Assembly: GCA_050084515.1 (NCBI GenBank)
Contig: CM114271.1
Span: forward strand, 2,976,001-3,040,000
Origin: Blasia pusilla
Taxonomy: Eukaryota
Direction of reading: 5' to 3'
Length of the DNA stretch: 64,000 nucleotides
In this document: piece by piece, positions 26,743 to 41,150 of the stretch
How positions within the stretch are numbered: position 1 is the stretch's first letter
How the letters are laid out: each line of letters begins with the position of its first letter
Program-made: the position numbers and the translations under genes
The notes under the pieces: model-generated
Told to the model about the DNA's origin: nothing
Database searches by the model: none
The model's input: only the letters and a program-made list of their open reading frames with translations

Positions 26743-28966
26743 CAAGTTTGCATACTCAAAAAGTCGGTGTCCGCGGACATGTTCATCTCCGCGGACTTAT
26801 GTTCGTCTCTAAGACAAACATGTTTGTGCAGGTCGGGATACCAAGTACCTGCATCTGAGTCTGCCTTCCCCGCAATGTAGACTCGAGCTTGGCTGGCTTG
26901 TATGTAGTCTAGGCATCCGTCGCCCATACTTGCCACCCATTTTTTAGCCCGCACCGAGTCTGCACTGGCCCGCCAGAGGCCATCATAAGGCCCGCCTAGG
27001 AAACTGCGTGGTTGCCCTAAACTTAAACCCTAAACTTGCTCTTGTAATTGCAACTGCAAGACCTGTTGGGCATGTCGGTCCCATGGATGGACATAATCGT
27101 TTCCGTGCAATCTTGTCCTTGATGCGTTGGAAAGACCTTGAAAAACTTTAAAATATTGTTAGAGCCGTCCTTTGGCACTATCTAATTGAGAACTATCTAG
27201 ATTTTCGAAACAACTACGAAGACCCTAGCAATTTTCTTCAAAATTAATTTATTCATCTTCAAGACTCACAACTAAAATCATCCACAACGTCAATTCTGAC
27301 TTTAATCTAATTGCAACAAATTGGAATTTGTTTCCTTCTCTTTCATATGTTCTCTCCTACATTAAGGATTTCAATTAATGCTCTCTTATTATTTTGAAGA
27401 TTGAAACTAACCTTTAATCAAGTGAAGGTTGTTTGCATGTATGCCAGAGGTAGTAGTTTGTGTATCCAATAATCTTGACTATAACTCAATCTTCCATGAC
27501 ATCTACGTGTCATTGATATGTAAAGAAATTCAGACTAATCACCAATTAAACAATTTCAAGTAGCCTTAATATTCTTCTCATTTTGAAAGTAAGCAAAAGA
27601 GTCCTTGAGGCTAGATGACATACATTGGACTTTCTCACTTCTTTTAAGATTACAACTAATTTTTATGGTTATGATAATGATATAGCAAAGCTTTGAGATA
27701 TTAATATATGCTTGTATGGAGGAGGATTATGGTCTAAATTTGACTTATATGAGGCATGCATCCTCTTGCATTCTTTTTACGTGTCTTTATGGAGAATGAA
27801 GATGGCATCTTCAAAGATGATTTGAAAATTTAATCATATAGTGGATCAAAATAATTTATTCAAGAAGAAGTTTAAGGCATACAATTTTATGATGGAAATA
27901 TGGAGGATTAAGACCATAGGTAAGGTTGTTAGCAGACATGGACAAGTATTACAACTTATGACCCATCATATGGATAGACTAGTCCATACAATAATATTTT
28001 TGCATAAAACAAAATTCCCACATTGAGCCTACATCCCATACCTTGGGATATGTCCCTTGCCTTTTTCGCCCATTTGTCCGCCTCCTTGATCCCAAGTCAT
28101 TATAATCATGATTTTGGAAATATGGAGGTGACCTATTATAGTCACAATATTAAAAAAATCTTAAGTATTAAAATAGAATGATGAGGCGTCTCTTTCCTTA
28201 TGAAGAGTTTAGATCTTTAATTGAAATAAAATTTTTAAATGCTCATTTCATTACAAATATAAAGGGTTCTACCATGCTAGAAACTTGACTTGGTACTAAT
28301 ATGGATACATTGTACAAGCCATTATTATGAGTAATCAAATTATATGATAAGTTTATTCTTGTGCTCATAATTTCTTCCATTTTTTATATTGATCGGATTA
28401 TGAATCTCAATATCATTTGTATTTCTAAAATTTTTGCAGTTTTTGCCTACTTATAATTTTTCATTCTTTATAATCCATGTCATTTTACAAGGAATCCATC
28501 ATCCCCGAACTTGTTTTCCTTGTCCTTGTCTCATACATTTAGTTTCTTAAACTTTCTGTGAATGTATTTTTCTTCTTTAAAATATTCATTCCAATATTTG
28601 GATTCCCAATCTACATGGAATTATAACTTCAAATAATTTTATGATAATGGATATTGATCGTCCACTTGCCAAGTATAGAATCTTTTACATTTAAAAACAC
28701 TTGGCGGGTGTATATTTCTTTTTTTTATCCTTCCTTTTTGTCATCAATATCATGGTTGCATGGCAACAGACATGTTCGTCCATGGTTGGGCGTGGGCTAG
28801 AGCATGCTCTGCGGAATACAAAATGGGCAAAGTGTTCTTAAACTACCTCTGGGTTGGCCAAGCCCGAGTGTACCTTACGGGCGGAGCAGACCTGGGTGCA
28901 GGCTGCGGGTACTTGGGCCCGCACGAACATGTTTGCGGACATGGACTTTGTATGTGTGCAACCTTG
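26743..28966. mobile_element. DNA transposon relic with ~200-bp terminal inverted repeats (possibly hAT or MULE type)
   Basis: 26743-~26950 and ~28770-28966 are inverted homologues (CAAGTTTGCA...TGCAACCTTG; pseudo-ORFs share 'QARVY.....D..AG'). Another terminus-like copy lies at ~29940-30030. No target-site duplication found. Confidence 0.6.
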
Positions 28967-30999
28967 ATCATTATATAGCCTACTCTCATCTTCCTATGAC
29001 TAGTTCTTATGCTGTCTCCACTAAAAGAAAGACCAACCTCAACTAACTTATATTGTTAAAGGAATGACGTGTGACATACTTGATTTTGTTTTATAATAAT
29101 TTAAGTGAGTATGTAATATTAAATACTTTGACTTTTCTATGAGATGCAATGAAGAAAAAAAACCTAAAGGGAGAAAATATGCACGAAAACACCCGTAGAT
29201 GGGAAACAAAAAATAGATTATAAGATAGATGATGTGTTATGCACACAAGTTATCTCATTTATCTTCACGTGAACATATAAGGTGAAGGTTTTGACCTGTT
29301 ACTCTAAATCATTTTGATATAGTAAATTATAGGATTTAACTTAAGTTTTTTTTCTAAATAGATTTCCCCTCAAACTCAACTCAACACAATATCCTTTAGT
29401 AATAGGACCTTTATTGCTAATAGATGAAACCAACAAATATTCAATTAATCCATAGACCATACATGAATGAGATATCAATACGATGTTCATATATGCTTAC
29501 AAATACAAATTTCATATTCAAATAAAAATTTCATATTAATTATTGATTCAATAGAGAGAATATAGACGTATGAAATTATTATTTCAGATGTATATATTCT
29601 CTCTATTGAATTAGTAATTAGTGCATCTAGATACACTATATCTTATGAAATACATAATTACCTAAATTTATAAAAAAATATTCAACCAAACTAATTCACA
29701 TGCTATCATGATTGTTGACTTGTTTCAAATTAATATTTATAAGAAGGAAATCATTTGCTATACACTTTTTTGAAGCATTGGTTTATAAAAGTACTTCCAA
29801 AACCAAAATCATTTCATATAATGGATCTTCTATCATGGATATTCTATGATTAAGATACATTAGTATTCTGGAATTTTGGGTTATTATTGGATGAAAATTT
29901 ATTTTTAAAAATATGTTTTTTTCCAAAGAGTATCACCACGATTGCATGTGGACAAAGTCCATGTTTATAGCCATGTTCTTGTCCGTGGACTTATGTCCGT
30001 CCTAAGGAAGAAATTGTCCGTATGGGCCCCATCTTTCCCTTTTTTCTCATTCCGCTTACAATGTCAATCGTGACCTAATTGAGTATGGGCAAGTCAGAAA
30101 GTGCATGGGCACTTCGTTGCTGATTTTGAGTGAGGTGTGATTGATTCTAGACCAAATCGGATGAATTTTGGATAGGAGGAAAATCAATCAAGAAGCGAAT
30201 GTAAGGAGGGCACAATGGTGTTCAATTGTGCAGGATTTTGTGAGATATAAACTCGCCATTGGAAAGCTAGCAAAAAACCGTGTCCAATTGTGAGAACGAG
30301 ACCAGAAATGAAGCTCATTTGAGGAAAATTCCAAAAAGATTCACCGCAACCATATAGATTCCCTTAGATGAGCGGATCACCGGTGTGGAAAGGGCAAGAG
30401 AGCAACGTTGGAGGTGCTGTGCGAGGCATCAAAACTTAAGTTCTGATAGTCCTTGTTTGGAAAGTGCGAAGGCGTGAGGAGGAGGAGAGCTCTTCATTCA
30501 ATCAAAACTGAAGTTTCGATACCACTTGTTGGTGAACGTGGTTCAGGCAAGGAAGACGGTACCATGTAGCTTTTCCTTGGTGAGAGGTTGAGAAAGGTTT
30601 TGGGTGCCGCTAGTGTGGAGGAAGTAGTGCCACTAATTTAGAGCCGTTACTAGAGCATAGCTAGAACTACTAGCCACAGAGTTAGTGGAGTTGAGGGAGG
30701 CATGTGAACTTAAGCTCCAATTCAAGAGAGCCCTCCCAAGAGGTAGTTTGGAGCAGAGTAGCGAAGTGAGAATCGGAAGTGAAGTTCTAATTCAGCAACA
30801 AGGGCCGAGTCATCTGAAGGGCGCGACATGGCACGACGCGGAAAGGGTGACAAGGAGCTGCAAAAGGGAAGTGAAACTCAAGTTCTATTTTGAGCACACT
30901 TGACACTAGAACAAATCATGGTTTTAATAAGTGGCTCATGTAATTCATTTTAGTTACATATAACCATAAATGATTGGCCATGACTGGTGACTTATGGAG

Positions 31000-31710
31000 T
31001 CACAAAAGCCTAGTCATGTACCATGTCATGACTAGAGTCATTTAGAGATGACTCATGGAGTTATTTTGTTATATGATTTACATGTCATCAAGCGATTGCA
31101 CGTGTGAAACCATAGTCATATAGTATGATTGCCATGTCAACATGTGATGTGGCAGCTACATAACGTGAACGATGTATGTGTGGACACGTGGTTATGAAGT
31201 TTTATGACTAAGTCATATTCATAAATGACTTATGTATATGACTGAGTCATGAAGCATGACTCAGTCATATTGATCATTGTGACTTGATTAAATAACTCGA
31301 TATGACTGAGTCATAACATTTAATTCAATCATATTGATCAATTTAAATTGTCAAAATTACTTGAGATTATTGAATCGGAAGATTCTACTAAGTCATATTG
31401 ATCACCTTAATTTGTCTAAATGACTTGAGATTATTGAATCATAAGTTTATACTGAGTAATATTGATCATCTTAATTTGTCTGAATGACAAGAGTTTATAC
31501 CGAGTCATAGTAATCACTCTAGTTTGTCTAAATGACTAGATGTGGATGAGTCATAGAGTATGACCAAGTGATATTGATGAGTTTGGTATGGATAAATAAT
31601 TCTATATACAAGTCATAATGATGAGTTTGCAATTCTTAAATGACTGATTTACATTAGTCATAAAATATGGACGAGTCATATTGATGGAGTTGCTGCATTT
31701 AAATGACTAC
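31000..31710. repeat. CACTA subterminal repeat array (TGACTNAGTCA motifs, ~58-bp period)
   Basis: Repeated 'atgactgagtcat', 'agtcatattgatca' and 'ttgtctaaatgact' units. Confidence 0.8.
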
Positions 31711-31799
31711 ATTTGCTTTAGTTGATTTGTGTAAATGGTGTTTTGAGCTTTAGTGTCAAAAAGAGTTTTTTTCTAGTATGTTTGAATGGTAGTGAGTTT

Positions 31800-32380
31800 T
31801 TCTTTTAAGATTTAGAAGATAGGAGTTGTCCCACTAAGAAGCTAGTCTTATAGTAACTAAGAGTGAGCTATAATAAATTGTTCTGTAGCATGAATAAGTC
31901 TAATATGAAACATTGAGAAAATGCTAATATAACATTGGAATATGGAAAATGCATCAGTTAGCTTTTGTTTTCATATTTCAACCCTTTCAAAATGTTAATC
32001 CCCTTCAGAATTGCTTGTGAAACATCAGTAACTTAGAGGAGTTGCAACAATAGGAACAAAACCAGTATGTCTGACTTGGTGTGAAAGTTTTTTTTAAAGA
32101 TTTAGAAGATAGGAGTTGTCCCACTAACAAGCTTTTCTTACACTAATTGAGAGTGAGCTATAATAAAAAATGTTGTAGCATGTAGCGTGAATAAGTCTAA
32201 TCTGAAACATTGAGAAAATGCTAATATAACACTGAAATCTGGAAAAATGCATGAGTAAGCTTATGTTTTCATAGTTCAGCCCTTTCAAAAGGTTAGTCCC
32301 CTTCAAAATTGCTTGTGAAACATCAATCATGAAGAGAAGTTGCAACAGTAGGAACAAAACCAATAGATCAGATAGAAAGT
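31800..32380. repeat. Tandem duplication, ~290-bp unit x2, inside the CACTA element
   Basis: 'agatttagaagataggagttgtcccactaa...gaacaaaacca' occurs at ~31808 and ~32098. Confidence 0.85.
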
Positions 32381-32593
32381 GGAAGAAAGAAAGTGCAATC
32401 AGAAACCAGAGAGAAAGAGCAAGCACAAACCAGAGAGAAAGAGCAAGCACAAACCAGATTGAAAGTGCAAGCATAAACCATTTTCATTATTGTAACCAAG
32501 TGATGTAAAGAGTAAAGCCGTTTCAAAATTCAATGTCAAGAAAAGAGACACACATTCAACAATAGAAGTTGGGTTTAGAATGAATCAAGATAT

Positions 32594-35500
32594 CTATCGT
32601 ACAACTTTCTTCAAGTTCACTTCAGGCCAAAGCATACTACTTCCAAGAGCATCACCTAAGGTGTATTGGGGCGGCATGTCTGCCTCATTTGCTTGCCACA
32701 GTTTATGATCCAGATAAGCCAACTGAACAAACTTCAAGTCTACTCGCACAAATCTTGGGGGGATTTCACTCCCATGGAATTTCTCACGTCCACTCAAGCC
32801 TATGACCACACCATTGCCCAAAATGGTCCTGCTGAGCTTAGGTTTAGTGAGTTGAACCTCATCTCCCACCCGAAGCTGCAAACAACCCTGAAAAGCGAGT
32901 CATCTTAGCGAACAAAAGCAAATAGATCATAGATTGACAAGTAAATACCAACTATTTTTTACCTTGGTAAAAGACCAACCCTTGAAAGGTATAGATCTTG
33001 AAAACTTCACATATCCCACTTGACATAAAAAGTCAGTTATTGATCATTTATAATGCAAGATCATAATACTACACATACCTACAAGTGAGGACCTGATGTT
33101 CATGGAGGATCAAAGAGTTCAGAATATATATCAAATGCTATTTACCTTTCCATTGTTCTTCTTGGTGCTCCCATACTTCACATCGTTCTCTTGTTCACTG
33201 CTTGATGTTGGAAGGGTGTCGGTCGTCACATTAGTTAAACGTATTTTTTTTCTGAGAGGCATCTTGCTCCTTTGGAATGCCATGTAGCACCAAGAATGGA
33301 AATACATTATATTATAAACTACTTTTCTGAAGTGAAATACATATAGGATGATAGTTGCAAAACATATTTAAGGAAGGTTGTACCATGTCCCATGCTACAG
33401 TTCGTGATGGTTGGAAGAGATTAGAAAGTAGTATGAGAATTTTCACACACATACCAGCTTGAGCTACACGTACATGCTTATCCGACACCCTTAACACCTC
33501 CTTTTTAGTTGCTCCAATATCAGCTTGATCTTTCACATGCTCTGTCTGAACCTCAGAGCGACCTGCCATCACAACTTTAAGAGTAGAGTGTCAATTTTCT
33601 AATAACATGATAGAAAACTATAGAAGAGAACAATGAAGAAAGGATTCCTTATATTCCTGATATTGGTTAAGACCACTTGCTGATGCTTTAGGCCTTTTAT
33701 TCTCTCAGAGCTTGTTGATCATATCAACAAGCATGCAAAAAGCTTCTTTGTGTTCTTGTTGGTTCTTTTCCAACTTTTGCTCAATTAAAGTGTGGTTAAT
33801 AGACATCTTATTTTCCAAAAGTAGTTTATTCTTTTCCATTTCTTCTTCAAGTTGGCCCTTGATTACACCCATATATATCTTCACTCCACTTCTTCTTCAT
33901 CTTCAAGAGTTGTGTGGTAATGTTTGATTCCACACTCTGCTGGAAACAAACAAAACTGATCCAATTATATTGCATCTTTGCTCTAACCATATAATAATCA
34001 TAAGAATTTAACACTACAAGAAGAAAAAAAATATAAAGAGAAACAAACAAAACCCAATCCAACTACATTTACCGAATTAATAGGATCGACTTAACTTACT
34101 CGAGAACCTCATGTGAAAAGGCTCTGACTTATTGTTGTTGTTTCCACTTCAGGTTCCTTATCCTCCATGCATGTTGTTGTACCTCTTCCCTAAGATTTTC
34201 CAAACAATGAAAGCAATGAGAATGAGGGTAAACACTAAAAGGAGAGTGATTTCCACAAGGTTGGATCCCAAGAAAAATGAAGACGTGTCATACAACTTTG
34301 ATTACACAAAAACCAACAAGTAACTTACAAGACTCCCTTGTGAAGCTCTTGGGCCACTATCATTGATACCCACATAGCTTGGTGTGGTTGATACACCTCT
34401 ACCCTATTATATATGAATAAGAGAACAAAGGGAAGTTAGATCAACCTGTGATACTTAGTAGACATCACTCCAAACTCAACTTGCATAAATCAGAGAACAT
34501 AGTAAATAAGAAAGCTAAGGATAACTTACAGAAAACCCATGTAATCCTCCCTTTCTGGTGTGATTTAAAGTGACAACCTTGGATCTTACGATCACCATCT
34601 TTTGGGCCTTCAACATGCCATCTTCAAAAAGCCAGTCCTCTACCAAACTAGGTTTTTGAAGAGGGTATGTTGAAGGCCCAAAAGATGGTGAGAATAGTAA
34701 CCACACTAATAGCGTCTTGCCTACTCATCTCAACACATGATAAGTCGAGATAGTGCATGGTCCATACCTTCAAATCATTCAACCATAGTTCATAACCAGA
34801 TACCTTCGTCTCAGGGACATCAGTAGGGTGCAATTCGCATATGGGTAGAAGGTTTTGCTCCTTGCATTGAGCAATGTCCCGATTCCACAAGTCTCTCCTT
34901 GTTCTACTTCTCAGTGCACTCGCCCTATCACCTGAAAAGAGAGTGGAGCAAATAAATATTTTTTCAACCAGCATGAGAAGACAATTAGTAGCGTCTCACA
35001 TTACAACATCCTCACCACACTCAATTGGAACTTATGCCACCCATATGAAGTGACTTTATGTAGACATTATATATCCAACTATTAATTATTGGTTTGGAGA
35101 GATTAGGGGCCATGAAAGACTGAGAGTCACTTTGCTGCGAATGTACACTCGTCCGAACAAATCCCGATGACCCATCAGAAAATGTTGAGTCAGAACCTTC
35201 TCCAGCTGCTGGATACGAAGGGGGTGGGCATGGTCCTCCATCCTATCATAAGAAAGAAACCACAAATCAGAACTCACTTATATATCTATACACGGAAATC
35301 CAATGCTACAAGTTATACTAGCTCAACTATGAGTCTACTCATTCCACTCAGGATCCCATATTAATTCTATGATATCTGGAAACCTATAATCAAAATATTC
35401 AATACAAGAACTCTCCAAGATAACAGATTTTACACTTTGCCTTGCCCATGGTTGCCCATGAAGGGCGGCACCCCATTGTTCTTGACTTTGGTTGGGACGA

Positions 35501-37350
35501 TGGTGTGCGAGGAAGCCAATATTCTTGAGTGTCTGTTTGTAAACCAGATTGGATATTCCCAATCCATTGATGATCTACAAGTCTTGGTTGTGACTAGGGA
35601 ATTCCACCAACCCATGGTTTTTGGGTGGTCATGTGTGGTGAAGGAGTTTGTGCACTCCATTGTGGTGGAGGGGGAGGGTGTTGCATCACATTGTAAGAGC
35701 CATCAGGTCCATGATTCACCATTGATGAATCATGTTCGGAACTGTACTACCTTGGGTCCATCCGAGTTCTCCAATATTGACTCCCAAATTGTGTCCATGT
35801 GGGATTAGGGCATGTTGGATATTGGCATCCTAATTCTTATCTCCGTTGGTGATGTATCTCCATTTGCTCTCTTTCTCCAATTACTTGGGCCTATGAAATA
35901 TATTTCAGAGTTAGTGTGGTTGAAACCAGAATGAAAACATGGATGCAATAAATCATCCTCCAATGAATCATGATGAAGATGGTTTAGAAAATATATAGTT
36001 ACCCTCTCAATCTGCTTAGGGTAGGTTGTAGGCCCACGATCCCATTTTTGATCTGGTTGATCAGATAAATCTTCCTCATCACCAAGATGATAATCCATAT
36101 TTTCAGATGGCATATAATGTGGATCAGTCAATCTATTATCCTTCATGCTTTCAAACATTAAAGGATTCTTGTCCTTTGATGTCAACCTTGAACTTTATCG
36201 CAATTGCACAACCTTTGGCACTACTGCCCTAGAAGATTGGGGTTTTCTGGGTGGCTTTGTTGCTCTCATCCTTTCCAAACAATCATTTTACCATCAATCA
36301 TCCTTAAGAAATAATGCAAACAACCATTTCTACAAACCATGTAAGAGCATGAAATACCTAGAATCCATGAATATGCTTAAATGAACCTCTCATAAGCCCA
36401 CATATTCATTTCTCAAGAGGGAGAACTCCTTACTCTACAGGAATATCACTAAGTATGCATGCTGCCAATCTTGTTTTGCCTTATCTTTCGTTCCCGTTCT
36501 TCATCAATTGGAAAGTCAGCATGAGGGTCCTTATCCATAAGGTCCCAACACTCAAATTCACCAATTTCAGAGTTTCTAGAGTTATTAGAGTGGGCTGAAA
36601 GGGCAAAAACCCTAATCAGGTTATTACCTTCCTTTTCTAACTCAGTGGTCATGTAGACAAGTGATGGTTCTCTCTCTTGAGCCACGTATGTTGCGTTTTT
36701 TCCAACACCTTAGGTGCTTTTCCCTCTTCTGAACTCAAATCATAAGCCAAAACTTTATCACTGCGATCAAGGTCCTCTTTGGAGGTACTTGTATGTGGAA
36801 AAGCTACTAGGCTAATTTCTCTATGTACACTTGAACAACTATTTTGGTTTATAACCATCACCGACTCACAGTCTTCCATATTTTTCCCCATACTACCATA
36901 AGTATTTTCCATGGATGTGCTATGAAATTTCTCACAACTTCTTAGAGGTACAAGAGAATCTACACCCCTATCTCTAACAAAAAATGCAGATATGATCCTC
37001 TCATCATTCTCTCCACTTATTTTCTTGGCTAATTCAAGCTCCCCTATCAACCCTCTCTCAGCCTCTTCGCCATTTGCATCTCCAACTCCATGGAGCTCAT
37101 AAGAATTAATGTACTCATTGGGGTTCATTGTATCCATATGACATGCACTCTCCTCTACTGCGCTCGGATAGGATGCCCAACTCTCATCATGTGGGTACAT
37201 GCGACAAACATGTATCTCAATCTTGCTTTTTTGACGTCTCCATTTCACCTACCAAACCTGATGGTTCTTCCCATCAAGAAGATCCCGCTTTGCTATTACG
37301 CGAGCCTTTAGAAGCAAGAATGGCCTCAAGTTCTGACCGAGCCCCCCCTT
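32594..37350 (-). pseudogene. CACTA second (TnpA-like) spliced gene remnant
   Basis: The terminal exon 32594-32881 reads 'VQLTKPKLSRTILGNGVV...KFHGSEIPPRFVRVDL...TLGDALGSSMLW', resembling the C-terminal domain of CACTA accessory proteins. Several intron-like GT/AG junctions lie upstream. The exon structure is not resolved. Confidence 0.5.
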
Positions 37351-37559
37351 GACCACCTAATGTGCTATCGGGGATGGCTTGGAATTTCACAATGTTTTTG
37401 CTGGAAAATATTTGTCAAGGAGCTCAATTAGGGCTCAATACAAGGTAGATACTCAAATGCAAAAAATCGATACTCAAAATAGTCAAGACTTAATATACCA
37501 TAGCTTATACTTCAAACTCACTACTTACAGCAAGACATATAGGCCAACTTACAACATGT

Positions 37560-40500
37560 TAGACATTACACCGTAATGAAAGATCTACATCGCCTTCCGT
37601 AATTTCATCTTCAGAAACCACTTCCATGGAAACATGGATGATAGGGACATTGTGAATATCTCTATTTGCAATCACCAGCTCCTCATCTGTGAGCTCTATG
37701 GCGCCGATAGTGTTTGCTTGTGGTATCCTATGGGGCATGGCTTCCAGGTGATTGAGGCCAATGGAATGGACCTGATCTGGGTTTCCACCATCAAAGATAT
37801 CAGAAATCACCCAACGAGATCTAGCCTCTTTCCTCACAACTACATTACATCCACTTCCCCTCATTTGCATCTCCAAAGAAAACTTGTTCCACTTGAGATG
37901 GGAACACAAAGGGTTGGTGGTCCACTGGCTCACATGATCGAAGATTCACGAGTAGCAAGTCTTCACGATCTCGCTGCATTGAGGGCATGCGAGAGTCCCA
38001 ATCTGCCCTCACCCACCTCCCTCTCATTAATATTATAGGTCTATCTAAAATCCCATAATCAAATGCAAGAATATCAACTAGGACTCCCACATATGAATAG
38101 GCACAATTTTGGTCCTCCTTCTTTTCATCCAAAAACATGGCTCCAATTCCACTATCATAAGTTGAATATGCATTCCATCCACCCTCTCCCTCTACTCTGA
38201 AGTGATTTCCATAAGCCTTCATAGACTTATATGATTTTACTTTGGGTTGCAGAGGGGTTGACGAGGCCAATGCCTCTTCATCCACCTTCCCATCATTCTC
38301 CCTAACATCTTGAAGGATGGCTGGTCTAATCCACTCTTGGAAAAGAATTGATGCCCTCTCCCTTTCATCTTTGTGGAAAGGAAGAAAATAACATCACCAA
38401 TAAATAGGGTGGCCTTGAAGATTAGAAAAAACAATAGGATTTAGGATAAAAGTTGATTATACTTGGAGAATGAGGTGACTCATTGAAAATGTACATGTGC
38501 CATACAACCATGGCCTCAATATTATGTAAGACATAATAGTGTGCCAAGAGTAGCATCTCTCGAGATAATCAAACTTTCTATCCTACACCTTCCAACTCTT
38601 CACCTACAACTCCTTCTTCTTCACTGTCATCCCAAATACGGGTCCTCAAATGCTCAAAGCTCTTCATATACTCAGTAACAAATCCCAATGCCTCATCTTT
38701 GACATACCCCTCACAACAAGCTTTACATCTCACATATTTTTTCGAAGTACCCATGTATCTTTCCATCACATACATCCATCAGCAATCTAATGGCTCACAT
38801 ATATCCAATTCTTTGATTACATGGATTAAGAGATGTGTCATCACATCAAAAAAGGATGGTGGAAAATGCATCTCTAAGAGACATAGGGTTATGACTACAT
38901 CTTGATGCAACTGTTGATAAGATGTAGGATCATACACTAAATATCTTGCTCAAGCGCATGACTCTAGAGCGGACTGACTCCTTCATAAGGCCGCGGAGGG
39001 CAAAAGGAAGGATTTGGTGAATGAGCACATGATAATCATGTGACTTCATGTTACCCAATTTTTGTTTTACCACATGTTTCCTTAACTCCCCACTATACCC
39101 TGTTCCGCACTTTCAAAAACTCAATCCTAGACAATAGTATGCTCAGATCTTGAGGTGATAAAACATAATCACATTGAGGTTTCACTAGTCCTTGAGCCCT
39201 ACTTGGATGTGGCTGTAACCACAAGTAAGGTCGAGTTCCACGAGCCTCCATATCTCTTCTACACTTCACTATATCCTTCATACCAAGCATAGTATTCACC
39301 ATGTTCTCACATATGTTTTTTTCCATGTGCATAACATCTAATGTATGTCGAATAAGAATACGCTAATCTTATGTTGAGGAAAATAGATTCCACCATGAGA
39401 ACTAAACTTCACATAACACATAATATGAACTTTTGCAAATATAAATGGATCAAGTGGATACTCTCCAATATGGCAAATCAAACAAAATACTTCGTCGCTT
39501 CACCCTTGTTCTCTTGTAAGGATCATTAGGAGCATCATCTCATCCCCAATGCTCCTCATATATTCTTTTTTCTTGGGCCCATCTTAGAATGTGATCAGCT
39601 GTAACCCTCTGAGGTGATACTTTAGATTCCCCTAAGCCATTGAATTGGGATCCATAAGCTCTCCCTCTCCAAGCATGCTCTAATGGAAGGTGTATATGAT
39701 GACAACCAAAAATAGGCTTCCCGCATTCCTTGGAGAAGTTTGAATTCACATAAGGTCCAAATTTTGTACATGCAAGTTTCCCACCATGGCTTTGCCCTGA
39801 GATTGTGCCATATGCTGGATAATCATTTATAGTCCACACGATCATGGCTCTAAACTTAAACTCCATCTCTCCCAAAGGTCTTCGGACATCAATGAAATCT
39901 ACCCCATTCCATAACTCCTTAAACTCATCCACTAAGGGAGCTAGGTATGTGTTGATATTCTCTTGATTCACACTCTCCTTACCATGAATGATTAAAGCCA
40001 ACATGACAAAGAACTTCTTTGTTTGAAGCCAAGGTGGAAGGTTATAGTTCACTAATAGGACTGGCCATGTTGACCATGAACTGGCCTTATTGGAATCGGG
40101 GTTCACACCATCAAGTGCTAAACCAAACCTATAATTTCTACTCTCCATTGCAAAATCAAGATACAAACGATCGATATGATCCCAAGCCTTGTTGTCTCCT
40201 ATATGTCTAACCATGCCATCTTTGGTTTTGTTATCAAAAGACCAAGTCAATAACTCTGACAAAGCCCTGCATCTATACATACACTGCATCCTAGGGATAA
40301 CAAGGAAGTGTCTTAAGACCTTGTTTGGTACCAAAGACCTTCCTTCTTTCTTAAACCTAGAATTCCCACACTTTGGGCATGTATCTACCTCTTCCAAGTC
40401 CCCACGAAAGAGAACACATCCTCTTGGACATGCATGGATAGAGTTGTAGCTCATACCAAGGTTACTGATAAGTTTATTTGCTGCATAGTATGATGGCAGC

Positions 40501-41150
40501 ACAAGATTATCAGATGGGAGTACCATCTTAGGTAAAAGTTTCAAAATCTCATCAATTGCAATGTTCGGAACGCCTTGGGTAGCACCAATATTGAAAATGA
40601 GCATGACAAAAGAAAGTAAGGATGTCTTAGCTCTTGTGAAGAGAGGCTTGCATGATGCTATAAGGTCATGGAAATTAGACTCCATACTCGGATCAGATGT
40701 GGCATTAGGGTTAAGATTCTCAACCCTTTCCTCTTCAATGATGCCATCCTCATCATGGATCTGATGATACTCTCTGAATATATCATGGAGCATTTGAGGA
40801 ACATCAATGTCAACATCCAAACGAGGATTTTCATGTTGAGAGAAAGTAGGAACCTGCTTCGATTTTATGATCTGTTCACGTTGCTGCTTCTCATTGCTCT
40901 CTTCATGTGCCAACCACTCCTTGTTTGATGAGTCCCACTCTTCCCTACTTTTTGGGTCTCTACATAGATGAGATCTCCCATTTTTCCTCAAATGCTCTTC
41001 CACGTTGCCCTATCCCAAGGAAGTCCCACCCTTACACTCAATACAAGGGCATCGAGCCCTCTTCCTTCCCAATGTACGACACTTCGTACATTCCCTTTTC
41101 CACAACTTGTAGTCATGGATTCTATCAGGATGGCTTATATCCATTTGTAT
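37560..41150 (-). pseudogene. CACTA TnpD transposase (Transposase_21/DUF4218/DUF4216-like), interrupted
   Basis: ORF 39540-41003 contains IHACPRGCVLF..CPKCG, ALDGVNP, STWPVLLVNYNLPPW and WTINDYPAYG. Downstream fragments include DVMHMEKNICE, KSHDYHVL, FPPSFFDVMTHL, WMYVMERYM and QPFVFPSQVEQVFF. Confidence 0.92.

Noticed and set aside
31000-31710. CRISPR-like appearance of periodic repeats
   Set aside because: The units are degenerate tandem repeats without unique spacers, lie next to a CACTA terminus, and are in a eukaryotic context.
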